Assembly: GCA_014905635.1 (NCBI GenBank)
Contig: CM026548.1
Location: 1,116,001-1,180,000, forward strand
DNA length: 64,000 bases
Direction: 5' to 3'
From: Scenedesmus sp. PABB004
Taxonomy: Eukaryota
Part shown: positions 1-28,254 of the stretch, piece by piece
How positions within the stretch are numbered: the first letter of the stretch is position 1
Layout: the number at the start of each line of letters is the position of its first letter
Translations under genes and position numbers: made by a program
The notes under the pieces: generated by a model
What the model saw: only the letters and a program-made list of their open reading frames with translations
The model's database searches: none
What the model was told of the DNA's origin: nothing

Positions 1-826
1 GGCCTGCCGGGCATGCCGGGTGCGCCGGCCGCCGCGGCGCTGGGGGCGCCGAGGCCGAGCGCCCGGCGCGGCGCGGCGCCGCGGCAGGGCCGGCAGCAGC
101 CCAGCGCCGCGCCGCTCACCCGCCCGCGTGCCGCCCGCCCGCCTGCGCGGCGCCGCCGCCCGCCGCGCAGGCCTGCCAGGCATGCCCGGCCTGCCCGGCG
201 CGCCCGGCGCCGCGCCGGGGCAGCTGCTGGGCCACGGCGGGCTGCCGGGGATGCCGGGCCTACCGCCGATGGGCAGCCACGCCATGGGCATGCCGGGGCT
301 GCCAGGCATGCAGGGGCTGGGCCTGCCAGGCATGGCTGGCATGCAAGGTGCGCCGGCCGCCGGCCGCCGCCGCCGCCGCTGGGGAGAGGGTGCGCGGCCG
401 CCGCGTGCGTGCGTGCGTGCGCCGCCGCGTCGGCCGACGCCCGAGCCGCCGCCGCCGCCGCCGCCGGCGCTCGCTTTGCGCAGGCGACCCTGGCGGCATG
501 CTAATGGGCAGCATGATGGCCAACATGCAGGCGCTCTTTCAGGCGCAGCAGCAGCACGCGCAGCAGGCCGTGCAGCAGCACGCTGGCGCTGCGGCGGGGC
601 CGACGACCAGCGGCGGCGGCAGCAGCGGCGGCCCGGCCGCGCCGCCGGACGCCGCGCTCATCGCGGCGGGGCTGCACCCCGCGGCCGCGATGATGGCGGG
701 CGGCCCGGCCGCCGCGGCAGCGGCCGCGGCGGCGCAGCAGCGCGCCAACGGCAGCGGCCGCATGTTTGACGACGTGTTTGGCGCTGGCGCCGCGCAGCAG
801 CAGCAGCGCGGCGCCGGCGCGCTGGC

Positions 827-858
<32 letters not shown>

Positions 859-1010
859 GGCAGCAGCAGCAGCTGCTGCAGCTGCAGCAGCAGCAGGCGC
901 GGCCGCCGCACGCGGGCGCCGCCGCCGGCATCGCGGCGGGCGGGCGCGCCGCGGCCGGCGCCGACACGGCTGGGATGGAGGAGTTTTTAGATTACTTCCT
1001 CAAGAGCTGA
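1..1010 (+). CDS. 3' part of a multi-exon gene for a Gly/Pro/Met/Gln-rich low-complexity protein ending MEEFLDYFLKS* (possibly a transcription-regulator tail)
   Basis: GT-AG introns at about 20-170 and 348-483 join GLPGMPG-repeat exons to exon 484-1010 (polyQ tracts), which ends in TGA at 1008-1010. No recognisable domain is present in the visible part. Confidence 0.6.
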
Positions 1011-2033
1011 GCTGAGGCGCCCAGCAGCCCGGCAGCAGCGGTCGACGGGCTGGCGCGGCCGGGCAGCAGCGGCGGCCGCGCTCGCCGGCGCCGCGCTCGT
1101 CGGGCGGGCGGGCGGGCGGGCAGCCGCGAGAGGGGTGTGTGTGGGTGGGGGGGTGGGCATTCGTGCGCGCGCGGGCGACGGAACAGCCTAGCAGGGCAAG
1201 GCGGCGCCGCAGGCGTGCGGGGCACGCCTGGGGGAGGGCCCGCCCTCCCGCGGAGGCGGCGCCCACCCTCCCCATGCGCCGCGGCCGGGGGCTGTGACTG
1301 CGCCCGAGCACCCACAGGGCACACTTGCATCAAGCAACCGGCCGCCGCCCCAGCGAGGGCCCGCCCCAGCGCCGCGCGCGCGGGCGGGCCCCGGCGGCGC
1401 CGGCCGCGCGGGCAGGCCGTGTGGGCGCACGCGCGGCGAGCGGGTCGGCGGCGGCCCGATGATGAAAATGAATGTGCGTGTGTCAACGGGCGCACTGCTG
1501 GCATGTTGTGGGTGCACTGCAGCGGCCGCAGCGCGCGCCCCGCACCGGCCGCCGGGCGCAGGCGCGCGACTGGGCGTCGTGCCATGGCGTGGCGTGGTGA
1601 TGGGGCCCCCTCTCTGCACTCTGTGAACGCACCCGGGGCGCGAGGCTAGGCGGCTGCTCAGTCGCGGGAGTGTGAGCCAGGGCACCCCGCGCGCGTCGTG
1701 TTGGTCGTCGACGAGACGGTCGCCCGCAGCCCGGCATCGCTTCGGTTTTGGTCGTGGCGTGGCGAGTGTTGCCAGTTCTGCTGCCCGGCGCGGGAAATCG
1801 GCACCTTTTTCCTGTCCAGCTCAGCTCAACCGCAGAGCGTCAGAGCGGCGGCCGCCGCCACAACCACCCGCCCCGCGCCGCTCAGCCGCCCAATTGATTG
1901 AATTTGTGCCGCGCGCGCGCCAACGCGACCCGCGCCGCCGCCCCGGCCTCCCCGGTGCTTGCGACAGGCGCTCGGCAGCATCGACAGCGCCCCCGCCGCG
2001 GCGGCCCGCGAGCCCGTCCCGCGAGCTCGCGCG

Positions 2034-5000
2034 ATGGCGGAATCCGCTACGGCACGCCGGCTGGACGTGCTGGCGCGCCAGCTGCGCCAGGAGGGCGCGC
2101 ACGAGGCGGCCGCGCCGGGCCTCGCCGCCCAGGCGTGCGCAGGTGGGCGCGCGGGCTGGGCCGCCGGCGCGGAACGACAGCCCGGCAGTCCCTCGAGCGC
2201 GGGGCGCGATCACGGCCGCGCGCGCGCAGCCGACTGCAGCGGCGGCCGGCGGCGCGACGGCGCCGCTGCTGCCAGCCCGGCGCCGGCGCGCGCGCGCCGC
2301 GCGCCATCGCGCAGCCCCTCCCCGCAGCCCCGCCGCGCCGCCGCGGCGCCGTCGGCGGCGTCCTGCAAGCGCCGCGCGGCCGCGCCGCCGCGCGTCCGCC
2401 GCGCCGCCGCGCGTCCGCCGCGCCACCTCGGCGCCGCGCGCCGCCGCGCTGGTGCAGGCACGGCGGTGCGCTCGCTGCCGCGCTTCGACCCCTACATCAT
2501 GGAGACCTACCTGGACGACCTGCGCGAGATGCGGCGCCAGGTGTACGACCTGTTCAAGTTCAAGCCCGAGCTGCTCACCGGGCCCGAGCTCAGCAAGGGT
2601 GCGCACGGCCCCGCGCGGGCGCCGCGCCGGCGCGCCCACGCTGCCGTCCACGCCGCCGCCCACGCTTCTGCCGCCGCCGCCGCCGCCTGCCTGCGCGCCC
2701 GCGCCGCCGCCGGCGCAGAGGAGCACCGCGCGATGGTGCGCACGCAGCTGCGCGCGCTGCTGGAGCAGGGCATCAACCCGCTCGCCTTTTTCGACCGCGA
2801 CTACAAAAAGTACTTTTACCTCGCCGAGTGCCTCAGCCTGGTCGACCTGAGCCTCATGGTCAAGAGCGGCGTGCAGTTCAGCCTCTGGGGCGGCTCGGTG
2901 CTCAACCTCGGCAGCGAGCAGCACAGGCGCGGGCCGCGGCGCGGCGCAGGGCCCGCGGGCGCACGGCCGGCGGAGCAGGGCCGGCGGCAGGCACCAGGCG
3001 GCGGCCGCTCAGCTGTCGCTGTCTTGCTTTGAACGCGCGCAGGCGCGCCTACTTTGACGACATCAGCGCCTTCCGCCTGCCCGGCTGCTTCGCGATGACG
3101 GAGCTCAAGCACGGCAGCAACGTGCGCCCGCGCGGCGCGGCGCCGCCGCCCCGCCCGCCCCCGCACGCACGCGCGCCCACGCCGCTGCCGCGACCGCGGC
3201 CGCCGCGGCCGCGGTGCCCGCCAGGTCGCCGCGCTGCAGACGGAGGCGGTGCTGGACGTGCTGACCGATGAGTGGGTCATCCACACGCCCGAGGAGGGCG
3301 CAATCAAGTGGTGCGCGGCGCCGCCGGCGCCCAGACAAGGCTCGGCGCGGCGCGGTTCGGCTTGGCAGCGGCGCGGGCTGGCCCCGCGCGCGGGCGCTCA
3401 CGCGGCGATGCTGCGCGCGCAGGTGGATCGGCAACGCCGCCGAGGACGGCCGCGCGGCGACCGTGTTTGCGCGGCTCAAGGTGCCCGCCCAGAACGGCCA
3501 GGGCGGGCTGGTGGACCACGGCGTGCACGCGTTTGTGGTGCCGCTGCGCGACGAGGCGGGGCGCTGCCTGCCGGGCGTGGAGATCCACGACTGCGGCTAC
3601 AAGGCGCGCGCCCGCCGCCGCTGCTGGCCCCTGCCGCTGCTTCGCCGCGGGGGTCGGCCGCCACCGCGGGGGGGGGGGGGGGGGCGCCGCCCGCTCCCCA
3701 CCCCTCTCACCCGCCGCACCCGCTGCGCCCGCCGCGCCCGGTGGCCCGGCCGCTCACATTCACAATGTGTGATCAGGTCGGGCTCAACGGCGTCGACAAC
3801 GGCGCGATCCGGTTCAGCCACGTGCGCGTGCCGCGCGTTAACCTGCTCGACCGCTTCGCCAGCGTCGACAAGAGCGGCACCTACAGCAGCCCCCTCACCA
3901 GCGAGGCGCGCGCGCGCGGCCGCGCGCGCGCCCGCGCCGCCGCGCTGCCGCGCGCGCGCGCGCGCCGCCGTGCCCACGCCCACGCCGCGCGCGCGCCGCC
4001 TGCCGGGGGGCGCGCAGAGCCGGCGCTTCGCGGCGACGCTCGGCGAGCTCACGGGCGGGCGCGTGGGCCTGACGTGCGGCAGCGTCGGCGTGCTCAAGGG
4101 CGCGGTGACCATCGCGATCCGCTACAGCGCCGGCCGGCAGCAGTTTGGCCCGCCCGACGCCGCTGAGGCGCGCGCGCGGCGCGCCCCGCGCCCTGCTCGC
4201 GCGCGCGCTCGCCCCGCCGCGGCAGCGGCGCCGCCCCGCCCGCGCCCATGCCCCGCGCCCTGCGCCCTGCCCGCCCTGCCGCACGCGCTCCTCCCCTCCC
4301 CTCGCCTCTCTTATCGTCCAGGTGAGCGTGCTGGACTACCAGAGCACGCAGCTGAAGCTCATGCCCATCCTGGCCACGGCCTACTGCCTGCACTTTGCCA
4401 AGGATCGCCTGGTGCGCGCGGCGCGGCGGCGCGGCGCGCAAACGCTCGCCATCAAACGCTCGCCATCAAACGCTCGCCATCAACGCTCGCCAAACACAAA
4501 CACACTCTAAACACTCGACTCAAATGCGCCGCCAACCAATCAACCTGCAGGTCAACCTCTACTGCGACATGAAGCGCACCAAGGACGCGCTGCTCGTGGA
4601 GGAGGTGCACGCGCTCAGGTGCTCGGGGTGTCCACCGCGCGCGCGCTGCCGCCGCCGCCGCCGCCGCTGCCGGCGCGCACGCCTGCGCGCCCGCCCGCCT
4701 GCGCGCCCGCCGCCGACGTGCCGCCCGTCCGCCCGCCCCCGGCGCCCGCTCCCCCGGCCCGCGTCCGCGTCGTCGTCGTCGTCGTCGTCAGCGCGGGGCT
4801 CAAGGCCGTCGCGACGGCGTTCACGCAGGAGTCGCTGAGCGTGTGCCGCGAGGCGTGCGGGGGGCACGGCTACGCCGCGATCAACCGCCTCGGCCAGCTC
4901 CGCGCCGACCACGACATATTCCAGACCTTTGAGGGCGACAACACCGTGCTGCTCCAGCAGGCGCGCCGCCGCGCGGCGCCGCCCGCCGCCCGCGCGGCTC

Positions 5001-6382
5001 GCCCCGCGCCGCGCCGCGCCGCCCTGCGGCCGGCGGGGCGGTGTGCAGCGTGGTCGGCCCCCGCCGCCGGCCGGCCCCTGCGGCGCCGCGCGTCGCCCCC
5101 CAGCCCGCCCGCCCCGGCCGACGCGCGCCCGCGCGCGCCCCCCGCAGGTGACGGGCACGCTGCTCAAGGCCTACAAGGCGCGCTTCAAGGGCGCGCCGCT
5201 CAGCAGCAGCGTGACCTACCTGCGCCAATACCTCGCGGTGCGCGGAGGGGAGGGCCGCCCGCGCGAGGGGGAGGAGGCCGCGGAGACGCAGCCCGGGGCG
5301 CCGGAGGCCCCCGACGCCCGCGCGCTGGCGGCGCCACTCTCGAGCGCCGACGGCGCGACGTGCGCGCGCGCGCTGAGCCCCCGCCCCGCGCCGCGGCGCA
5401 GGGCGCGCTGCCGCACAACCCGCTGGTCACGCACGAGACGGACGTGCGGCACCTGCGCGACCCCGCCTTTCTGCGCGGCGCGCTGCGCCACCGCGTCGCG
5501 CGCCTGCTCTTCACGCTGCAGGCGCGCGCGCCGCCGCCGCCGCCGCGCCCCGCGCGCGCCGCCGCGGCGGTCGGACGCCAGCGGCGCGCGGCCCGCCCCG
5601 GCCCGCCCCGCCCCGCCGACGCCGCTCCGCGCGCGCGCCCGGGGCGCCCCGCCTCGACGCAGGCGCGGCTGCGCGCGCAACGCGCCAAGGTCGGCGACTT
5701 TTACGCCTGGAACGCCTGCCTCAGCCACATCCTGGCCCTCGCGCAGGCGCGCACGCCGGCACGCCGCGCGCCGGCCCCGCTCGCGCGCCGGCCCCGCTCG
5801 CGCGCCGGCCCCGCGCCGCTCGCAGGCGCCTCGACCGCCGCCCCGCACACCCCGCACGCCCCCGCGCCGTGCCGCCGCACAGGCGCACGTCGAGGCGGTG
5901 TCGCTCGAGGCGTTCCAGGCCGCGGTGGAGGGCTGCATCGACCCCGACTGCCGCCGCGCGCTCAAGGCGCTGTGCGACCTCTACGCCCTGCGCGTGATCG
6001 AGTCGGACGTGATGTTCCGCAACGACGAGTACATCGCGCCCGCAAAGGCGCGCCGCCGCGCCCGCGCCGGCTTCGCGCTCGCCTCGCCGCCGCTGCGTCG
6101 TTGCGCGCGGTGCCTGCGTCGGCCTCGCGCGCGCATCGCCGCGCCGCGCTCGCCGCTCACCGCCCCGCCCCGCCCGCGCGCCCCCTACGAAACCCCGCGC
6201 AGGCCAAGGCGATCCAGCGGCTGATCGTGGGGCTGTGCAGCGAGGTGCGCGGGGTGAGCCTGAGCCTCGTGTCGGCGTTTGGCATCCCCGACCACATCCT
6301 GCGCGCGCCGATCGGCCTCGGCGTGCACGCCGGCGTTGACCAGTACCAGGAGTACCTCTCGGCCGTGGGCTTTGACGTGTGA
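2034..6382 (+). CDS. ACX2: Peroxisomal acyl-CoA oxidase, ACX2-like (16 exons)
   Basis: The spliced product contains [39 protein letters not shown] and [12 protein letters not shown], plus an N-terminal PTS2 nonapeptide RLDVLARQL. All 15 introns resolve in frame (7 GT-AG, 8 GC-AG). Stop TGA at 6380-6382. Confidence 0.95.
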
Positions 6383-6615
6383 GACGTGTGAGACGTGTGA
6401 GACACACGCAGGAGCACCTCTCAACCGCGGGGGGCTTTGACTTGTGAGACTCACGCAGGGGCGACAACGCGGGGCCTCAACGGGCGGCGGGCGGCGCGGC
6501 GGGAGCGCAACGCGCGCGTGCGGGTGGGCGGCGCGGGACTGGGCGGGGCCGGGTCTTGAACGCTCAGGTGCCGTGGGGCCACTCACTGTTCACTCGCAGC
6601 CCCCGTGACACCCAC

Positions 6616-7807
6616 TCACTGCGCGTGACCGCCAGGGCTGAGCACGTGCAGCGCCGCCTGCAGCGCAGGCACACACAGCTCGAGCTCGCCGTGCTGCAGC
6701 TGCAGCGCGTGCGGCTGCGCGCCGCCCGTTCCCGCCGGCAGCAGCTGCTGCTGAGCCAGCACTGGCACGCCCGGGCCCTGCGCGCCGAGTGCCAGCAGCG
6801 GCAGGCTGGGCGGCAGCCCGGTCGCCAGGCCCACCGGGGCGGCGGCCCCGCGCTGCCAGGCGCCGCTCGCTGCATCGCCCATGCCAAGGGCGTGCAGCGC
6901 CGCCAGCAGCCCCGCGTGCTGCTCGGCGGCTGGCCCCGCAGGAGGGGGCGCCAGACGGGCGCCCCTCCAGCTGCTGCATGCCGCCCGGCTGCCACGTCTG
7001 CTGCAGCTGGGGCGGCGCTACCGGACCAGCTGTGAGGCGCTGCGAGGCCCTGCGGGCCAAGCAGCTGCAGCTGCAGCGGCGGATCACTGAGCTGTGCCGG
7101 CGCCGATCGCCAGTCACGGCCGTGCAAGCTCGAACCGCTGAAGCGCGCGGCCGCCGCTGCGCCGCGCACGCCCGCCGGCGCGTCGAGCGGCGCACTGCCG
7201 CGCCGCTGCATCTTGCCTGGGCCCGGCGGCGAACGCCCCCGCGCCGCCGCCGCTCTGTGCCGCCCGGGCTGGCGCGCAGCGGCGCGGGGGGGCTGGGGCC
7301 TGTCGTCGCCGCAGCGGCCGCTGCCGGCAGGCTTCTCTGGTGCTTCGGACGCGACATGCTTCAGCACCTGAGGCGCGCGGTTCGGCGACAGCGAGCTCGA
7401 GGGACGGGGGGCACCGGCCGCGCCGCGGCGCCCCGGCGCCGCCGCCCGCGCCAGAGAAGCGCTGCCCGCCGCGGCGGCCGCACCATCGGCGTGCGCATGC
7501 CCGACCACGTGAGCTTCCGGCTCAGCGCCGCGACCGCGGCGGCCGCGTGGTCGCGCGCCGCAAAGCGCACGAGGCCGCAGCCCTTGGACTCTGCCGCGCC
7601 CGGCGTCGCAAAGAGCTCCAGCGCCAGCACCGAGCCAAACTGCCCGAAGAGCTCCAGCAGCTGCCGCGGCTCCACGGCGCGGGGGACCTTGGCAAAGAAC
7701 AGTGTGGCCTCGCCGTCGGCCGCCCCCGCGCCGCCGCGCGGCGAGCCCGCCGCCCCCGCGCCGCCGCGCGGCGAGCCCGACGCGGCCGGGTCCAAGCGCA
7801 CGCACAT
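6616..7807 (-). CDS. RRM-domain RNA-binding protein (CELF/FCA-like RRM); 3' exon structure uncertain
   Basis: ATLFFAKVP (RNP2-like) and SKGCGLVRF (RNP1-like) lie in exon 7484-7807. A GT-AG intron at 7483-7368 continues into VLKHV. The downstream low-complexity exons and the stop at about 6616 are tentative. Confidence 0.6.
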
Positions 7808-9281
7808 GCCGCGCGTTGCACGCCGCCCTCACGAGTGCGCGGGCGCGGTCATGCTGCGCCCGCACGGCGCCCTCACGAGCGCGGGGGCGCGGTAATCGCG
7901 CCGCACGGCGACGACGGTTTGCGCCGCCGCGGCGCGGCCGGCGCGGCCGGTGCTTGCTGCGCGGCCCGCGCGCGACGGCCGCTTGCGCGCGTCCGAACTG
8001 AACTACTAGCCCTCGGGCTGGCGCGCGTGGCCGTGCGCGATCGCGGTCGAGGTGCAGGGCGGTCGGCGAGTGCGAACTCTGCGCCTGATGGACGGGCCGG
8101 CGCCGCAGCAGTGTCACTGCATGTGCGACGGAGAGCGCGAGCGAGGAGCGGAGAACGCCGCACGGCGCGGCAAGGGTCTGCAAGAAACCGCGGCGGCCGG
8201 TCACGGTCACGAGCCCACGCGGCGACCGGCGCGGCGACCACCCCAAACGGGCGCCGCCGGTCTCCGATCAGCCGCCAGCGGCCGACCAGCCGCAAACGGC
8301 GAGCCACCCCGCGACCGCCGCGCGCCGCAGCGACCTCCCCGCGCCGCAGCCGGGCGGCGCGCGGGACGACGACCGCGATCGGGCGCGCAGCTGACGGCTG
8401 CGACAGCTGCGACGCGGGGCGATGAGGGCGAGGGCAACAGCGTTGCCTCGCCGCCGGACCGATGCACTGCCACAGTTCTGCCGCTCGGTGCAGCCGCGGC
8501 CGGGCGCGAAGCGGCGGCGGCGCCGCCGCGCGCGCCCGCTGCCGCCGGGCTTGCACGCCAAGTGCGGGGACGGGCACACCACCAACTGCGAGGGCACCGC
8601 CCACCACCAGGAAGCGGGACCGCACACCGGGCCGCGCGGCGCCGCGGCAGGCGCGGCAACGCGCCGCCGCGCGCGCCGCCAACAAGGCGCCAACACACAC
8701 ACCCACGCCACGCGGCGCGGGCGGGCTGCAGCAGCGCCCCGCCCCGCCAAAGAACCCCCGCATGCCATTTGTGAATTCCCGGCCCGGCCGCCGCACGGGC
8801 GGCCGTCGTTCCTCATCGTTCCTCGCGCTTGCTGCTGGGTCACGGCGACGCGCCACCACCACCACGCCTCTCCCTCGCCCCCTCTCACCGCCGATGCTAC
8901 GCGTCGACGAGCGCAAGCACGACCCCTCGCGGTTTTGACGCGCACACACACGCACACACACGTGCATGGCCGGCCGGCAAAGCGCCGCCCGCGCGCCCTC
9001 GGCCGTGCCCTCGGCCGTGCCCTCGGACGTGCCCTGCCACCCCACCCCGCGCCCGCCCGCCTGCCCGCCCGCTGCCCGGCCATCCTGCAGGCCCACGGCC
9101 ACCACGGCACGACGGACAGAGGCACGCAAGCGCCCGCGGGCGCGGCAACGACACGAGAAACAGAGAGAGAGCGTGGCGCGCGCGCGCGCGCGCGCGCCCC
9201 GCCGCCGCCGGCACCGACAGCCGGACCGCAACGGACCACCGCCCCCCCCCCTTCGCCCCTCCCTCCCGACCGCGCGCGCGC

Positions 9282-20879
<11,598 letters not shown>

Positions 20880-21916
20880 GCCGGCGCCCTCACATGCCGC
20901 GCCCGGGGCGTCGCCCAGGGCGCCCTCGATCACGGCGCCGGCGCTCCGGGCCGGGCTGGCCCGGGGCCGCGCGCGTGCTGCTCCGCGCCCGCCCTCGCCC
21001 GCCGCGCGCCGGGCGGGCCCGCCGGCCGGCCCGCGCGGTCAGGGCCCGGCTGCCTCTCCCCGCTCGCGCCCCCGCTCGCGCTGCGGGCGGCCTGGCGCTG
21101 CGGCCGGGGGCTGGCCGGCCGCGCCGGCCTCGCCTGCGCTCCCTGCCGCGCTCGGCGGCGTGCCCGTCAACGATCGTCGCCGGGCGCGCGCGGCGTCGCT
21201 GCCACGCCCGCGAGCGGGCTGCCGCGGTGGTGCGCTGGCGCAGTCGTCGATGTTGGTGCGCCCCCGCTGGCCGGTGCTCGCTCTCGTGGTGCTGTGCGGT
21301 CGTCGATCTCGGCGCTGCCCGGCCGGCGCCCGGCCGCGCCCTCGGGCGCCGGCGGCCGGGCGCGCGGCGGCGCAGCTGGACCCCGACGCGGCGGCGAGCG
21401 GGCGCCACCCCCGGCGCCGGCCGCCACCCCCGCGTGCGTAATGAAGGGTCGCCCCTTTGCACACCCTGGGGGTGCGGCCCCCTAGGCGGCGCCCGGCGCC
21501 CGTCATGCGCGTGCCGGCAGCCTGGCGCGCGGCGCGGGCCGGCCAGCGCCCGGGCGCCTCGCCGCCGCCTGCCGCGCAGGCCCGCCGGACCGCTGTCCCG
21601 GTGCGCCCTCGTGCTGACAGCGAGCTGAGGCAAGCGCAGCGCTCGGCCGCGGGCGCGGGCGCAGAGCGCAAAAGCGCGGGCGGCGCCCGCGGCAGCAGGC
21701 GAAAGGCGCTGCCCCTCTCCCCTGCAGTCCCGCACGGCCCCAGACCCCAGCTGCAGCCCCACCCGCCGGCACGCCGCGCCCGCCCGCCTGCGGCCCGCCA
21801 TCCGATCTTTTCCCGCGCCCCGCTCGCCCGTGTCGCTCCCGCACTGCGCCGTGCACCGCGCCCGCCGTCGGCGCTGATCGGAGCCTGAGCAGCCTCCCCC
21901 GCGCCGGCGCGGCGCC

Positions 21917-26144
<4,228 letters not shown>

Positions 26145-26435
26145 TGGCTGTACATGGCAGGGGCGGGGCGCTCGCGCGCCGCGCGCTGTACAGGCAGGCT
26201 AGGGGCGGGGAGGGCCCGCGCCGCCGAGCAGGCTGCGCTGGGGGTTGTCGGCGGGGCGGAGCTGCAAGGCGTGCCGCCAGCGCGGCGGGGCGGCGGGCGC
26301 GCCGGCTGGGTAAACGGTCACTCCCGTTGCTCGCGTCGGCGCATGCGACAGCCGCGCGTGCTCAGCGCGCGAACGACCCACGCGACGCGCCCATCCTGAG
26401 CCCTCGAGGCGTGCGGCATGCTCGCCCGCCGCGCC

Positions 26436-27730
26436 CGCGCTGCCGCGCCCGCCTCGGCTCTGCCGCGCCTGCCTGTCTGCTGCAGGCCCCAGCCCCGTCC
26501 CACCCGTGGGAGGTTGATGAGCGTTTCAGCGGGCCTGTGCGGGCCAGCCCGGCGCTGTGTCCGCGCGTCGGAGTCGCCTTTTCTGTCCTTTGTGTTTTCT
26601 CCGTTTTCTGTTATTTTTCGGGCAAGGATCAAATTTTTTTTCTAAATACCCCGGGGTCGGCCCTTGACGGAGCGGTCTTCGGGTGGGCGAAAAAGGGCCG
26701 TTTTGGGCGAGTTTGTGAGTTCTGGTTTTCCTGAATATGTGCAATGCCGTGGCAATGCGTGGCACTCTGACCCCGGGGTCGTAGCTCAGATGGTAGAGCG
26801 CCCGCTTAGCATGCGGGAGGTAGGGGGATCGATACCCTCCGACTCCACTCGCTGCCCTTGCAGCTTTTGGTCGCCCCGCTTCGTTTTTGGGGGTCCCCGC
26901 CACCCAACGCGCCGTTCTGGGGGCCGGCGGGGCCGGCGGCAGGCCGCCAGGCAGCTTCGGGCAGCAACGCGCGCGCTGCGCGCACAGCGGCGCGCAGCCG
27001 CCGGGCCGGCCCGGCTCGGCCGCGCACTTGACCCCAGCGCCGCCGGGCCCCAGCGCCGCCGGGCCCCGGATCGACCTGCCAGCGCGGCCAGAGCGGGCCA
27101 CAAAGCGCCGCGCCGACAGCCGGTCTTCGCTCGCGGCGACCAGCTGCTTGCGCCGATGCCCTGCAGCGCCCCGGCGCGCGCCGCCGCCGCCAGCGCGTGC
27201 GGGAAGCTCACGCCGCCGCGGACGGTGCGCGCGGGCAGCCCACGCCGCTGCGCCGCCGCTCGCCGGGGTGCGCCCCGAGCGGCAGGGCTGAGCGATCGTC
27301 GGACCGCGGCGGTTGAGCTTGCCTGCGGCGGTCGAACTTGCCTCCGTGGCCCCCTCCCGCCCGGCACATCACCAACAAAACTCGCCACTCGACGCCGCGG
27401 CCGCGCGCACACACACACCGCAGGCGCCGCCCGCCGCTGCTCCGCCGCCAGTGCCGCGCTCCGCTGCTCGCCGCAGCGTCCCCAATCGCTCGCCTCGCCA
27501 TCGCTCCCGCAGCACCCGCCAGGCGCGGCAAGCGGCCGCGCGGGGCGCTCTGCAAGCAGCTCGCATTCACTGTGACCGGCGGTGCCCTCCCCGCCGCCCA
27601 CGCCCTCGCGCCATGGAGCCGGGTGCGCGTGCGGACCGCACCCTCGGCCACCTGCCGCGGGGACTGCGTGGGCGGGGCAGTTGCAGCAACTCGCCCGGCG
27701 CCGCCGCTGCTGCCGCCGCCGGCGCCGGTG
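26436..27730 (+). repeat. Left arm of a ~1.3-kb near-perfect inverted repeat
   Basis: Reverse complement of about 28712-30026. Only a few substitutions, a 1-nt indel near 27350 and a short repeat expansion at the inner end are visible. Confidence 0.93.
26775..26847 (+). tRNA. tRNA-Ala (anticodon AGC)
   Basis: 73 nt. Acceptor stem GGGGTCG/CGACTCC plus discriminator A. D arm GCTC-AGATGGTA-GAGC. Anticodon arm CCCGC-TTAGCAT-GCGGG. T loop ATCGATA. A TTTT terminator lies about 17 nt downstream. Confidence 0.95.
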
Positions 27731-28254
27731 CCGTCGGCAGTCAAAACGGCTGCGCCCCCAGCCCGTTCCAGCGGCGTCTCAACCGCAAATGGGAGCAGAG
27801 GCTTGGGCAGGTGCGTGCTGCACGCTCCAAAGAGCAGGCTTCGAGCGACACAACCCTCTTTGAAGCGGGCAGCCGGCAACTGCCCCAGCCGCTGCCCTTT
27901 GCGGTTGGGCTGCGCCCTGCCGCAGCAGGCCCCACAGCGTGTTGCCGCATGCGCGCCCATGGGGGCACCGATGCGCGACCCTCGTGCGCCAGAGCTGCGC
28001 ACACCACCGCCCATGGCGCCGCCCCCGCGCCAGTCAAGAGCTCAGCACCTCCATCGCCCAGCGGGAACAAAGGTGTGCCCGGGGCAGGAATCCAAAGCCG
28101 CCCTCCGTGAGGCCACCCCATGGGTTGCGCCACCGCGCCATCGCTGGCCGCCGAGCGGCGGCGACGGCGAGGGCGGCCACGCCGCCAAGCACCCGCACGT
28201 CGCGACCACCCGGCGGGCGCGGAGGTAGAGGCGGCTGCCGCGGAGGTGCGCCGG

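Noticed and set aside
4440..4495. 14-bp tandem repeat (AAACGCTCGCCATC) in an ACX intron
   Set aside because: An ordinary short intronic minisatellite with no further structure
7873..9280. Several 150-490-aa ORFs between the RRM and PDE genes
   Set aside because: They have Arg/Ala/Pro-rich random-GC composition with no motif or consistent splice structure. The region is likely UTR or intergenic.
26775..26847. tRNA-derived SINE head
   Set aside because: The cloverleaf is intact with a TTTT terminator just downstream and no simple-repeat tail was seen, so it is treated as a genuine tRNA.
26664..27575. 303-aa ORF (and its 685-aa mirror) spanning the tRNA
   Set aside because: They translate through a canonical tRNA gene from non-ATG starts and are not credible proteins.
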